Shown one piece after another: positions 55,868 to 64,000 of a DNA stretch of 64,000 nt (positions are counted from its first letter, which is position 1; each line of letters opens with the position of its first letter). Position numbers and translations under genes: made by a program. Where the stretch lies: UHGV virus genome UHGV-0293664. One strand, given 5' to 3'. The notes below the pieces were generated by a model. That model had not been told where the DNA came from. It saw nothing but the letters and a program-made list of their open reading frames with translations, and did not search any database. Source of the DNA: a virus.

Positions 55868-56584
55868 ATGGCTACGCTTTATAGTGATATATTGATGGAC
55901 CCACAGACAGGCGATTTGGCGATAGACAAAGGTCTTGAGTTGATAGATTCAAACCAGGTAAGTCTGCGCCAGCGCTTGTGGATGAGGTTTAATACGTGGA
56001 AGGGGAGCTGGTACTTTGACGAGTTGTTTGGCTTCCCTTATATGGACTTTCTCAGTAAGAAGGTCATGAAGACTGTTCTTGATAACAAGATTATGGAAGT
56101 GGCAAGACAAGAGCCGGATGTGCTAAACATCATAAACTTCCAGTCTACCATGGATCGAAGATCGAGAACATACCAAGCGTTCTTTGAGGTTGTTACCAAA
56201 GAGAACGAGATTGTAAGACTGGCTTTCGTAGGTCTTGATCAGTTCACCTACCCACAGCCTGATTCTGGGACAACCTCTCTCTGTGATGATGAGGGTTGGA
56301 TTAAGTGGGCCAATAAACTGTACTATCTGATCAACTTCAGATTGCCTAGAACCGGAGATGCCACATGGTGGAACCAGTATGCTGGTCCCGAGATGGAAAA
56401 CCCGATCCCTGTAGGCTCTCTGTTGACTCAGGATAAAGATCTGCTGATGACTGAGGCAGAACAAACTATTAACCGCAATACCTGGACGCTTGCTCCAGAT
56501 GAGCGCGAATACTCTGGTGTTATTGCTACCTCCAACGATGAGGCTATTGCCAACCAGTCTGGTCGTGCTATTGATGTTAACTAA
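55868..56584 (+). CDS. hypothetical baseplate protein (238 aa)
   Basis: ORF in baseplate module. Confidence 0.4.
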   Translation: MATLYSDILMDPQTGDLAIDKGLELIDSNQVSLRQRLWMRFNTWKGSWYFDELFGFPYMDFLSKKVMKTVLDNKIMEVARQEPDVLNIINFQSTMDRRSRTYQAFFEVVTKENEIVRLAFVGLDQFTYPQPDSGTTSLCDDEGWIKWANKLYYLINFRLPRTGDATWWNQYAGPEMENPIPVGSLLTQDKDLLMTEAEQTINRNTWTLAPDEREYSGVIATSNDEAIANQSGRAIDVN

Positions 56585-56593
56585 GGAGAAATC

Positions 56594-57262
56594 ATGGCTG
56601 TAGCTTATCCTACAATACCAATTCCAGATCTTGAAGATGCAGAAACAGTCCTGAGTGATGACTTCTTGGTTGTCAACCAGACTGATGGGACAAGAAAGGC
56701 TAAGATTGACGATGTTGTCAACGATCTTAGTATTACTAAGATAGTCTATTTCACAGAGGGTGGTTATCTTAAGAGCAAGAAGGACTTTGCTTATGACCCA
56801 GAAACTAAACGCTACTATACGTGGAACGGGGATTATCCTAAAATAATCCTCCCAGACTCCACTGTAGATGGTGCTGGGGGTGTGTCTGCAAATGCCTGGT
56901 CTGTTTTTGGTGAGCTTGCTGCAACTTCTTCTGGCAGAATAGTTGATTACGGATCTATCGGTGGTCAGCTTGATATGGATCTTGAAGTTGCGGATACCTT
57001 TAAGGTTCGACTAACTTCAAATACCACAATCTCTTTTGAAAATCAAACAGAAGGTCTTGAAGGGGTGGCGAGAACTATAACCGTATGCATTACTCAGACC
57101 TCTGGCGGCAACAAAGTCTATTGGCCTGGTAATGTTAAATGGTCCTACGGAAGAGATCCTATCCTAACATTTACAGCTGGTGCAACAGATATTTTTAAGT
57201 TGGAAACCTACGACAACGGGTTAACTTGGTACGGGGCACTGATCATCGCAGGAGCTATCTAA
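56594..57262 (+). CDS. tail-fibre N-terminal-domain protein (222 aa)
   Basis: N-terminal ~90 aa homologous to the N-terminus of the 1269-aa fibre (DDFLVVNQTDGTRKAKIDDVV / DDYLVVQQPDLTRRVKIGDVV; EGGYL...DFAY / EGGKL...DFAY). Confidence 0.45.
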   Translation: MAVAYPTIPIPDLEDAETVLSDDFLVVNQTDGTRKAKIDDVVNDLSITKIVYFTEGGYLKSKKDFAYDPETKRYYTWNGDYPKIILPDSTVDGAGGVSANAWSVFGELAATSSGRIVDYGSIGGQLDMDLEVADTFKVRLTSNTTISFENQTEGLEGVARTITVCITQTSGGNKVYWPGNVKWSYGRDPILTFTAGATDIFKLETYDNGLTWYGALIIAGAI

Positions 57263-57263
57263 G

Positions 57264-59861
57264 ATGCGTATTCAACACAACATTGATAACGTATTTCAGA
57301 TGATTGAGGGGCACAGGAAGTGCCTCGATAACAACACAGGTATTACCAACACACCTACACAAAATAAGCTAGTAAACCCTGATGGTCTTATAGCTGCAGG
57401 GTGGGCAGGTAATAAGATAAATAATGATTGGGCAATGCATGAGTCCCAAGCTGTGTTGATTCTGGGATACATTGAAGCATACAGGGCATCGAAAAGCGAT
57501 TTCTATCTGGATAGGGCAAAAGATGCTTGGGAAGCTTACAATAGTCATCTTCTGGGTGCATATGCTGTAGAAAGTAAAATGCAAAGATTGTCCCACCACC
57601 CTCTGTCCACAGACGGGGTTCCATCACATGGTGGGTTTAAAGATGTGGTGGTGTCTTTTACTAATGGTAGAGGAAAAATCCCAGCTGGATCTCCGACATG
57701 GGGAGAATACCTGGACAAGGCATTCCAAGCATATAACGGTGTGTTAGGAAGAAACACTGTAGACTCTGATGTTTACGGCGGCACAGATGCTAACCCAGAT
57801 TGGACAACATCCGGATTAAGTTGGTGGGTTGAGTGGTATATAGCATGGGATGGTAACCGCTATTGGGCTAACGGTAGCATAGCCGACAGTGGTCATACGT
57901 CTGTAGAGTTCGGCACAATCCAATTACAAGATAAGGGTGTTACAGGCAGCCACAAGGTGACCTATTGTGTAAGATTACCTCAAGAGCAGGGTGGATCGGT
58001 GATACCTGCAGGATCCCCTGTAATTGTAAATCCTATAAACGTGGTTGCAGATAACCAGGCCCCAGAGTTGGACGGGGAAGAGATGTGGTGTGACGCTTGT
58101 TATCAACTCTACACCTTGACAGGTGAGGAAAAGTATTACACCGCGTTTAAACAGTCTTACAACAAGTTGCTTAATTTCAGTGATATAAACGCCTACGATA
58201 AGCTGTTTAGAAAGACCACGTTGATTAAGGCACCGTTCACAGATGGTACTTGCCTAGTTGCAGGGACAGTTCCTGTCATGAGCAGGGACAGTGACGGGTA
58301 TATCAATTTTAGAATGAACGCACGCCAGCCTTGTGAAATAATTCAAAAAGGGACTACATACAAAATAGGCAGAGATGCTGAAATTGTTATGAATTTCGGA
58401 GGAGAAGGGGTTCTGTTCCAGCCACATTTCATCCTTAATGATGGCAACAATAACAAAAAACAGTACAGGATAGGGGTTCCTTTTGGAGGGGCAGAGGTAA
58501 CAGAAATAGTTGCCAAGGTTACTGATTTCGTAGAGGTGGTTGGTAAAGACGGTAATCCGTATCTCTTACCTAAAGAGGAAAACATTGCCGTAAGCGGTGG
58601 TGCTAGTGTTAGTATGCAGTATGATACCGACATTTACAACCACTCTGACAACTTCACCCGCTGTAATATAGCAAGAGGCAAAGTAACTTTCAATTTTGGA
58701 AGAGAGATTTCTTTAAACTCAGTAACTTATCGATCAGATGATGAGATGGTAAGGGTCAAATTTCTTGACAAAGACAGGTGGTTATGGTATGCTGATCTAT
58801 ATGCCACTAATGGACAATGGATAACAGAAACTCTTACTCTAGGAGATTTCAAACTAGATCCGACACAACCTCATCACACCGAAGAAGAGATTAAACCTTT
58901 CTTTGCTAATCCTAAGGGGCTCACCTCTGTAGATTTCAGCCTAAGCGACAGGCAGATAGGTAATGGCTTGTTTGATCTATATTGCGTCAACACACTACCG
59001 CAATTTTATATTGCAGATAGGGATGCCTATCTAATCTGGTTTAGCGTATGGATGGCAAGCAAGACAGAATCAACCGCTAAGGTTGGCGATTGCTATGTCA
59101 GAAACTACAAGCAAGGTGCATACAGGCACACACCGGGTGTGTTCCCTGCCGGAAAGGTGATAGATAAGGAAAACTATCTCTTAGAGGAAAAGCCAAATTG
59201 GCCCTACCCTGGCATGCAATACCCAGCAGTCTACTGCATGGGTGCAGAAAACATAGATCGCCATAGATTGTCAAATACAACAGGCTTTCTGTATGACGCT
59301 CAAGTCTGGTATAATAATACATTTAAGACAGAGGGTCCAGTTGCCTCACGTTATGTATGGCAAAGAGGTAATGAAGGGTTGACTGGTTGGTGGGAGATGG
59401 TAGATAACTCTAAACTCCAGTCAAGATCTTTTGTTGCTGCGTGCCGCACAATATATGAGCTCAAGAAACATAAAGAACCTGTTGATGAAAGACTGTTCCT
59501 GTTCTGCCAGAAATGGGCATGGTTCCTCAACAGATTCCAGTCATCTCATTCAGGAAATCTGCCTACAGACTTTAACACCTCTGGGGGATATTCTTATCAA
59601 GACAGGGGAGACAGGATGTGGGTGGTAGGTGAATGGCTTGCAGGTTGCTGCTGGCTAGGTCTGTGCGGGTATTCAGAGACAATACCTCAAATAGATATTG
59701 TTGTAGAAGCCTGTGTGAAGCTACTGCAAAAGCACCACTTCATTAATGGGGATAATGTTTTAAACGGCTGCTGGGCAGTTTCTGATCCGGTAGGCTATCA
59801 CTCTGGCGAAATCCTTCGCGGTCTGGGCCTCTATGCTCAATACCGTGGATTGTACCTTTAA
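57264..59861 (+). CDS. large tail-associated protein (865 aa), putative tailspike/fibre or baseplate component
   Basis: Long Trp/Tyr/Gly/Asn-rich ORF in the fibre region, followed by a terminator. Confidence 0.45.
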   Translation: MRIQHNIDNVFQMIEGHRKCLDNNTGITNTPTQNKLVNPDGLIAAGWAGNKINNDWAMHESQAVLILGYIEAYRASKSDFYLDRAKDAWEAYNSHLLGAYAVESKMQRLSHHPLSTDGVPSHGGFKDVVVSFTNGRGKIPAGSPTWGEYLDKAFQAYNGVLGRNTVDSDVYGGTDANPDWTTSGLSWWVEWYIAWDGNRYWANGSIADSGHTSVEFGTIQLQDKGVTGSHKVTYCVRLPQEQGGSVIPAGSPVIVNPINVVADNQAPELDGEEMWCDACYQLYTLTGEEKYYTAFKQSYNKLLNFSDINAYDKLFRKTTLIKAPFTDGTCLVAGTVPVMSRDSDGYINFRMNARQPCEIIQKGTTYKIGRDAEIVMNFGGEGVLFQPHFILNDGNNNKKQYRIGVPFGGAEVTEIVAKVTDFVEVVGKDGNPYLLPKEENIAVSGGASVSMQYDTDIYNHSDNFTRCNIARGKVTFNFGREISLNSVTYRSDDEMVRVKFLDKDRWLWYADLYATNGQWITETLTLGDFKLDPTQPHHTEEEIKPFFANPKGLTSVDFSLSDRQIGNGLFDLYCVNTLPQFYIADRDAYLIWFSVWMASKTESTAKVGDCYVRNYKQGAYRHTPGVFPAGKVIDKENYLLEEKPNWPYPGMQYPAVYCMGAENIDRHRLSNTTGFLYDAQVWYNNTFKTEGPVASRYVWQRGNEGLTGWWEMVDNSKLQSRSFVAACRTIYELKKHKEPVDERLFLFCQKWAWFLNRFQSSHSGNLPTDFNTSGGYSYQDRGDRMWVVGEWLAGCCWLGLCGYSETIPQIDIVVEACVKLLQKHHFINGDNVLNGCWAVSDPVGYHSGEILRGLGLYAQYRGLYL

Positions 59862-59865
59862 CATA

Positions 59866-59885
59866 GGGGGCTGTTTGCCCCCTTT
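59866..59885 (+). terminator. rho-independent terminator
   Basis: GGGGGC-tgtttg-GCCCCC hairpin then TTT. Confidence 0.5.
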
Positions 59886-59896
59886 CAGGAGAAAGA

Positions 59897-62800
59897 ATGG
59901 CTGATATTAAAGTTGTCAGAATTGAATCTCTTCCTGCCACTACCGCAGTGACAGAGGATGATTACCTGGTTGTTCAGCAACCAGACCTGACCCGTCGTGT
60001 AAAAATTGGCGATGTTGTCCATGTGGATGGGACTGTTTCTCATGTAATCTCCTTTAAGGAAGGTGGTAAGTTAAACGGCCCAATGGATTTTGCCTACTTC
60101 GAAGAGGAAGACCTCTACCTGCGTTGGAAAGGCGAATTTCCGCACACTGTTCCTGCACTGTCTTCACCGTACGCTGATGGTGGGATTACTGACGCTGCAT
60201 GGATGGTATATACTGACCCGTCCTTAAGGGAGGAGCTGGAATCTACCATTGGCGCATCTATGATCATGACAGCCGAAGGGCAGTCTGTCCAGGATGTAAT
60301 GGATGTTACTGTTCAGACAGCTAACGATGCTAAAGCACTTGCACAGCGTGTAGATTTTGGTACAGTGCACACTGTAGGCGATGTTATTCACCTTGATAAC
60401 TTTGTTGGCCCTGCAGTTATTGAAGAGGGAAGAACTACCAACTACCCTTCTGTAGCAGCTGGTGAAAAATTTCTGAACGGTGTGGTATCTCGTCGTGATA
60501 CTACAACTGTTGATGGTATTTTCCGTGGTGCTACCTCAGGAGCCATGTATACCATTGCAGTAACCAACGGTGTAGCAACAACAAAAAGAATAGCACTTCG
60601 TGATGAATTTAAACGCCTAGAGGCAAACAACCCAACAAGAACAGTTATCCGTGCTGGAGATGATTTAAACACAGCAGGGTACTTGCAGCTTGATGCAACA
60701 GGCCGTTGGGGTATGTGGAACCAACAAACAGCTTCGTGGCAACCTCTTGCTATAGAGCAAGGCGGTACAGGGGCCAGAGATGTAGCAGGTGCACGCATTA
60801 ACTTAGGGGCTTTCTATAAGCAACGTGCAGCCCTTGAGCCAAATTTCAATATCAATAACTTGACTGGTAATCAGGATGGTGTATACTACCAGCCGATGAC
60901 TGCTTATGCAACTGAGGCAAATGGTTACCCTGCAGGTTCTGGTGCTGGTCACTTGATTGTTTGGCAGAACAATGCTAACGGCGGTACAGGTTGTCGTCAG
61001 GAATACTATCCATTCTCTAACGTAGATGTTTGGTATTTGAGAACCTATCAGGCCAACACAAATCAGTGGACTGCATGGCAGCCGATGGTCAGACCTCGTA
61101 ATGATGATACCTTTAGAACGCACATCGGTCTTGGGTCCAGAAATTCCCCTACCTTCGGGCACCTTTACCTGTCTCAAAGCTCTGCTGATGTTAAGTCGGC
61201 ATCAGGTATTGTTAACGGGGACAAATATAGTGCTGACGGTGTCCTTGAGCATGGGTATAGGATCTACTCTGAGGTAAGAAACGACAATAAAGCTTGGTTG
61301 ACAATCCACCTGCACAAAGGTGCAAAAGGATCTGAAACTCATAGATATTTAGGTTTCCGCGAAGACGGTGTATTAGTCTGCCCTAAATATATGCAAGTTG
61401 GGGATCTTACTGGTCAGCTGACAAACTGGGGGCTTGGAGAGTGGATTCGTAGTTCAGGGGCAGAAAGAGGTTTCTGGGGGTCCAAGAAAGCCGCCAAGAT
61501 GGTCATCTGGGATGGCGGGATGGACGAATCCGGTAACGGCAGTTTGGAATGGGGTGTTTATAACAACCGGAAGGCCAAGTGGGAACCTTTACCTCACGCC
61601 GCAGGTGGTACCGGGGCTACAACTTTAGCAGATGCTCAGAATCTGTTCAAAGTTCCTATAGCAGCAGGTGTAAAAGACTTATTAACACTGCCAAGAACCG
61701 CAGGGATGGAAGATGGGAAATACTACCCAATTATCGTTAGAACAGATCCGTACTATGCTCCAGCAACTGGCACTGATATTACTATAGTCACCAGGTCTTC
61801 ATCTGGAAATGACCCTATGAACTGTGCGACCTTACAGTGTCACTATAGAACTGGTGGTTGGACAGACAGAGGAGACTCTTTCTACGGGGTAGTAAATTTC
61901 TACCAGAATGAAAAAGCAATTCTTGGGATGGTTGCTCCAACAAGGGGTAAACAAGAATATGTTGCTTTCTATGCAGAGGCGCGTGCTTTCCCTGTCAGCA
62001 TATACGCAAGTAGAAATGTTGTCGAGGTGTTTACCAGAGAGCAAGATTACCAGGTTGGCTCTGTAACAAACAATCAGGACGGTGTTAAATTCGTTGCACC
62101 TCTCCAGTCAGCAGATTTGAATCTTGCTGTTCTTGGAGATAACAACACCAATACCAGACCTATTGTTGACTTCAAAGGTACCTCTGGGTTCTACACTGGC
62201 GGCGGCACACAGTGGCACTATATAGGCACTGCTGAACGCTATGCTGTGATGAGCAAAATGAATATGCCAAAAGTTGAGCTGTGGGCAGATGGTCTTGACT
62301 ATTTGTGCTACGGCAGCTCTAGAAAGGCGTTATTCTCTAATGCAGGATTCCAGTGTGCCTCCGATGGGACAGAGGATCTGACTAACGGTACGTTTACCTC
62401 TAAATGCGGTAATGGTGCTGGTCTCAAAGGTCGGGCAGAGTTCAGATCTACTCCGGAAGCGGGTCAAGTTATTGTTCGCGATGTTGTAGGCACAGCTCAT
62501 AGATTCTACAACTTCAACAAAGATGGTACTTTCTCAGCACCTGGTGGTTTTGTATGCCACACTGGTGGAGACTGGAACAACCAGTTTGGGAATAATAATC
62601 CGTCCAAAATAATGGCTGGCAACGTCAACGGACCTGAAGGTTCAATGGTTGTTGGCGGGGTGTCTGTAGCATTTTCTGGAAATTATGCTTTCCAGATAGC
62701 TGGTCGCCTTGATAGGTTGTATACCAGATCTATCGAGGGTGGTGCTCACAGACCGTGGAACAAGATCTTCTCACACAGAGGTGTAGGTCTTGGTTCTACA

Positions 62801-63706
62801 GACCTAAACACTTACGATGGTACTTGTGAGGGCATCTACGACCAACCGCTTGATGCCAACTCGACATCTGAAAGACATTACCCAGCACCGTACGCTGGTA
62901 CTCTGATTGTTTACCAGAACAATGCAAACAATCCGAAAGGATGCGTACAGGAGTACATCACACGTTTTGGTGACAGATACACGCGTGTTGGTAACATGGA
63001 TAGAACTGGTTCCACTTACATGTGGGAAGTTTGGCGGCATGATTCTGGTAAAGCTATCCAGTTACGCCCGAATCGCAATGTTGATGAAACAGATAAAGAG
63101 CTGTGCATTCATGTTGGTGGTTCTGAAAATCCCAGCAACAACGGTAACTTACCTAAGGATGATGCTGTACTCCATTATTGGGGTAACGGCAGCACAGGGG
63201 ATCGTCCAAACGTGTTAGAGTTTAAGGTTCTTGACGAGTCTCAAGCAAATTGGGTATGGCATTGCGGTACCTTGCCGGATAAATCAAGATATCTTTCTGT
63301 AAACGGTGCTGTGAATTGCGCATCTGTCAATCAGAGTTCTGACAGGGACCTGAAAGATAACATAGCTGTTATTCCTGATGCATTAGAAGCTATTCGGAAG
63401 ATGAAGGGCTATACTTACACTCTTAAAGAGAACGGTATGCCTTATGCAGGTGTTATAGCACAAGAGGTGCTTGAAGCGCTGCCGGAAGCAGTTAGCTCTT
63501 TCGTGCAAAGAAAGGAAATCCCAAACCCTGATCAAGATGGAACCCCTTTGATAACAGAGGAAAGATTCTACAGCGTGGATTACGCAGCCGTAACAGGCTT
63601 GCTTGTCCAGGTTTGCAGGGAACAGGACGATAAAATAACCGCCCTTGAGGAGCAGGTTAAAAAATTGACAGAGGTTGTTACTGGGTTGCAAGAGAAACTG
63701 AAGTAA
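59897..63706 (+). CDS. tail fibre protein with C-terminal intramolecular chaperone (peptidase S74-like) domain
   Basis: 1269 aa; C-terminus SDRDLKDNIAV...GVIAQEV...LPEAV...YSVDYAAVTGLLVQV then coiled coil (ITALEEQVKKLTEVV); internal repeated GGTGA and LIV-QNNAN-GC-QEY modules. Confidence 0.7.
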   Translation: MADIKVVRIESLPATTAVTEDDYLVVQQPDLTRRVKIGDVVHVDGTVSHVISFKEGGKLNGPMDFAYFEEEDLYLRWKGEFPHTVPALSSPYADGGITDAAWMVYTDPSLREELESTIGASMIMTAEGQSVQDVMDVTVQTANDAKALAQRVDFGTVHTVGDVIHLDNFVGPAVIEEGRTTNYPSVAAGEKFLNGVVSRRDTTTVDGIFRGATSGAMYTIAVTNGVATTKRIALRDEFKRLEANNPTRTVIRAGDDLNTAGYLQLDATGRWGMWNQQTASWQPLAIEQGGTGARDVAGARINLGAFYKQRAALEPNFNINNLTGNQDGVYYQPMTAYATEANGYPAGSGAGHLIVWQNNANGGTGCRQEYYPFSNVDVWYLRTYQANTNQWTAWQPMVRPRNDDTFRTHIGLGSRNSPTFGHLYLSQSSADVKSASGIVNGDKYSADGVLEHGYRIYSEVRNDNKAWLTIHLHKGAKGSETHRYLGFREDGVLVCPKYMQVGDLTGQLTNWGLGEWIRSSGAERGFWGSKKAAKMVIWDGGMDESGNGSLEWGVYNNRKAKWEPLPHAAGGTGATTLADAQNLFKVPIAAGVKDLLTLPRTAGMEDGKYYPIIVRTDPYYAPATGTDITIVTRSSSGNDPMNCATLQCHYRTGGWTDRGDSFYGVVNFYQNEKAILGMVAPTRGKQEYVAFYAEARAFPVSIYASRNVVEVFTREQDYQVGSVTNNQDGVKFVAPLQSADLNLAVLGDNNTNTRPIVDFKGTSGFYTGGGTQWHYIGTAERYAVMSKMNMPKVELWADGLDYLCYGSSRKALFSNAGFQCASDGTEDLTNGTFTSKCGNGAGLKGRAEFRSTPEAGQVIVRDVVGTAHRFYNFNKDGTFSAPGGFVCHTGGDWNNQFGNNNPSKIMAGNVNGPEGSMVVGGVSVAFSGNYAFQIAGRLDRLYTRSIEGGAHRPWNKIFSHRGVGLGSTDLNTYDGTCEGIYDQPLDANSTSERHYPAPYAGTLIVYQNNANNPKGCVQEYITRFGDRYTRVGNMDRTGSTYMWEVWRHDSGKAIQLRPNRNVDETDKELCIHVGGSENPSNNGNLPKDDAVLHYWGNGSTGDRPNVLEFKVLDESQANWVWHCGTLPDKSRYLSVNGAVNCASVNQSSDRDLKDNIAVIPDALEAIRKMKGYTYTLKENGMPYAGVIAQEVLEALPEAVSSFVQRKEIPNPDQDGTPLITEERFYSVDYAAVTGLLVQVCREQDDKITALEEQVKKLTEVVTGLQEKLK

Positions 63707-63713
63707 CTGTTTT

Positions 63714-63740
63714 GCCCTCGCTTCGGCGGGGGCTTTTTGT
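63714..63740 (+). terminator. rho-independent terminator
   Basis: GCCCTCGC-ttcg-GCGGGGGC hairpin then TTTTT. Confidence 0.6.
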
Positions 63741-63745
63741 TTGTA

Positions 63746-63774
63746 TTGCGTATTAACTCAAAATCTGGTAAAAT
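63746..63774 (+). promoter_or_regulatory. sigma70-like promoter
   Basis: TTGCGT, 17-nt spacer, TGG-TAAAAT (63769-63774). Confidence 0.4.
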
Positions 63775-63806
63775 AGCTATCATGATTGTTTAACCGGGAG
63801 GCACAA

Positions 63807-64000
63807 TGTTTTTATGGGAAAGGCCTAGATACCTTCCAGATATTAGATTGGAGCTGCTGGCAGATATTGTTACGTTTAAAAGTCCGTTTACAGGTAAAAC
63901 GCAAAAAGTAACCTATGCCACACCTAACTGGAAAGGCACTTTGACGGTTTCCAATATCAGTGAGTCACAGTTGCTAGAGCTTAAGAGCTTTGTCGATCAG
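63807..64000 (+). CDS. hypothetical protein, 5' fragment (runs off window end)
   Basis: ATG after GGAGG; open to the end of the window. Confidence 0.35.

Noticed and set aside
59897-63706. Diversity-generating retroelement acting on the tail fibre
   Set aside because: The internal repeats are divergent at DNA level (protein-level modules, not near-identical TR/VR pairs) and no reverse transcriptase gene is present in the window.
1-64000. Integrated prophage with attachment sites or integrase
   Set aside because: No integrase, excisionase, repressor or flanking host genes; gene content (RNR, ThyX-like, nucleotide kinases, tRNA cluster, homing endonucleases) fits a virulent phage.

Overview
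This window looks like part of a virulent tailed dsDNA phage genome with a contractile (myovirus-type) tail; no integrase, repressor or attachment site is visible. Positions 1-31406 are a single minus-strand block of early/metabolic genes: a ClpP-like protease, PhoH, an anaerobic RNR (NrdD split by an ORF-less intron-like insert, plus NrdG), glutaredoxin, NrdAB, a ThyX-like protein, a HAD nucleotidase, a dNMP-kinase-like protein, two NPPY/NPPF methyltransferases, several nucleases, a lambda-R-type endolysin, free-standing HNH/T5orf172 endonucleases, an ATP-dependent DNA ligase, a Zn-less Sir2 and an RNA-ligase-like protein. From 31486 the genes run on the plus strand: a P-loop polynucleotide-kinase-like gene and a metallophosphoesterase, an HTH protein followed by an iteron array, an AT-rich tract and a GC-rich non-coding island, small genes behind TTGACA-N17-TAnAAT promoters, a seven-gene tRNA cluster (one atypical), a spanin pair, and a lambda-like head module whose terminase large subunit is interrupted by an intron-like element carrying an HNH endonuclease. 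The tail module follows (sheath, tube, chaperone with a candidate -1 frameshift, tape measure, baseplate/spike, and a 1269-aa fibre with a C-terminal S74 chaperone domain). The strongest candidates for something new are the dispersed RNA-repair gene set next to Sir2 and the tRNA cluster, the two intron-like interruptions, and the iteron/structured-RNA region. All calls rest on motif reading by eye; no database search was run.
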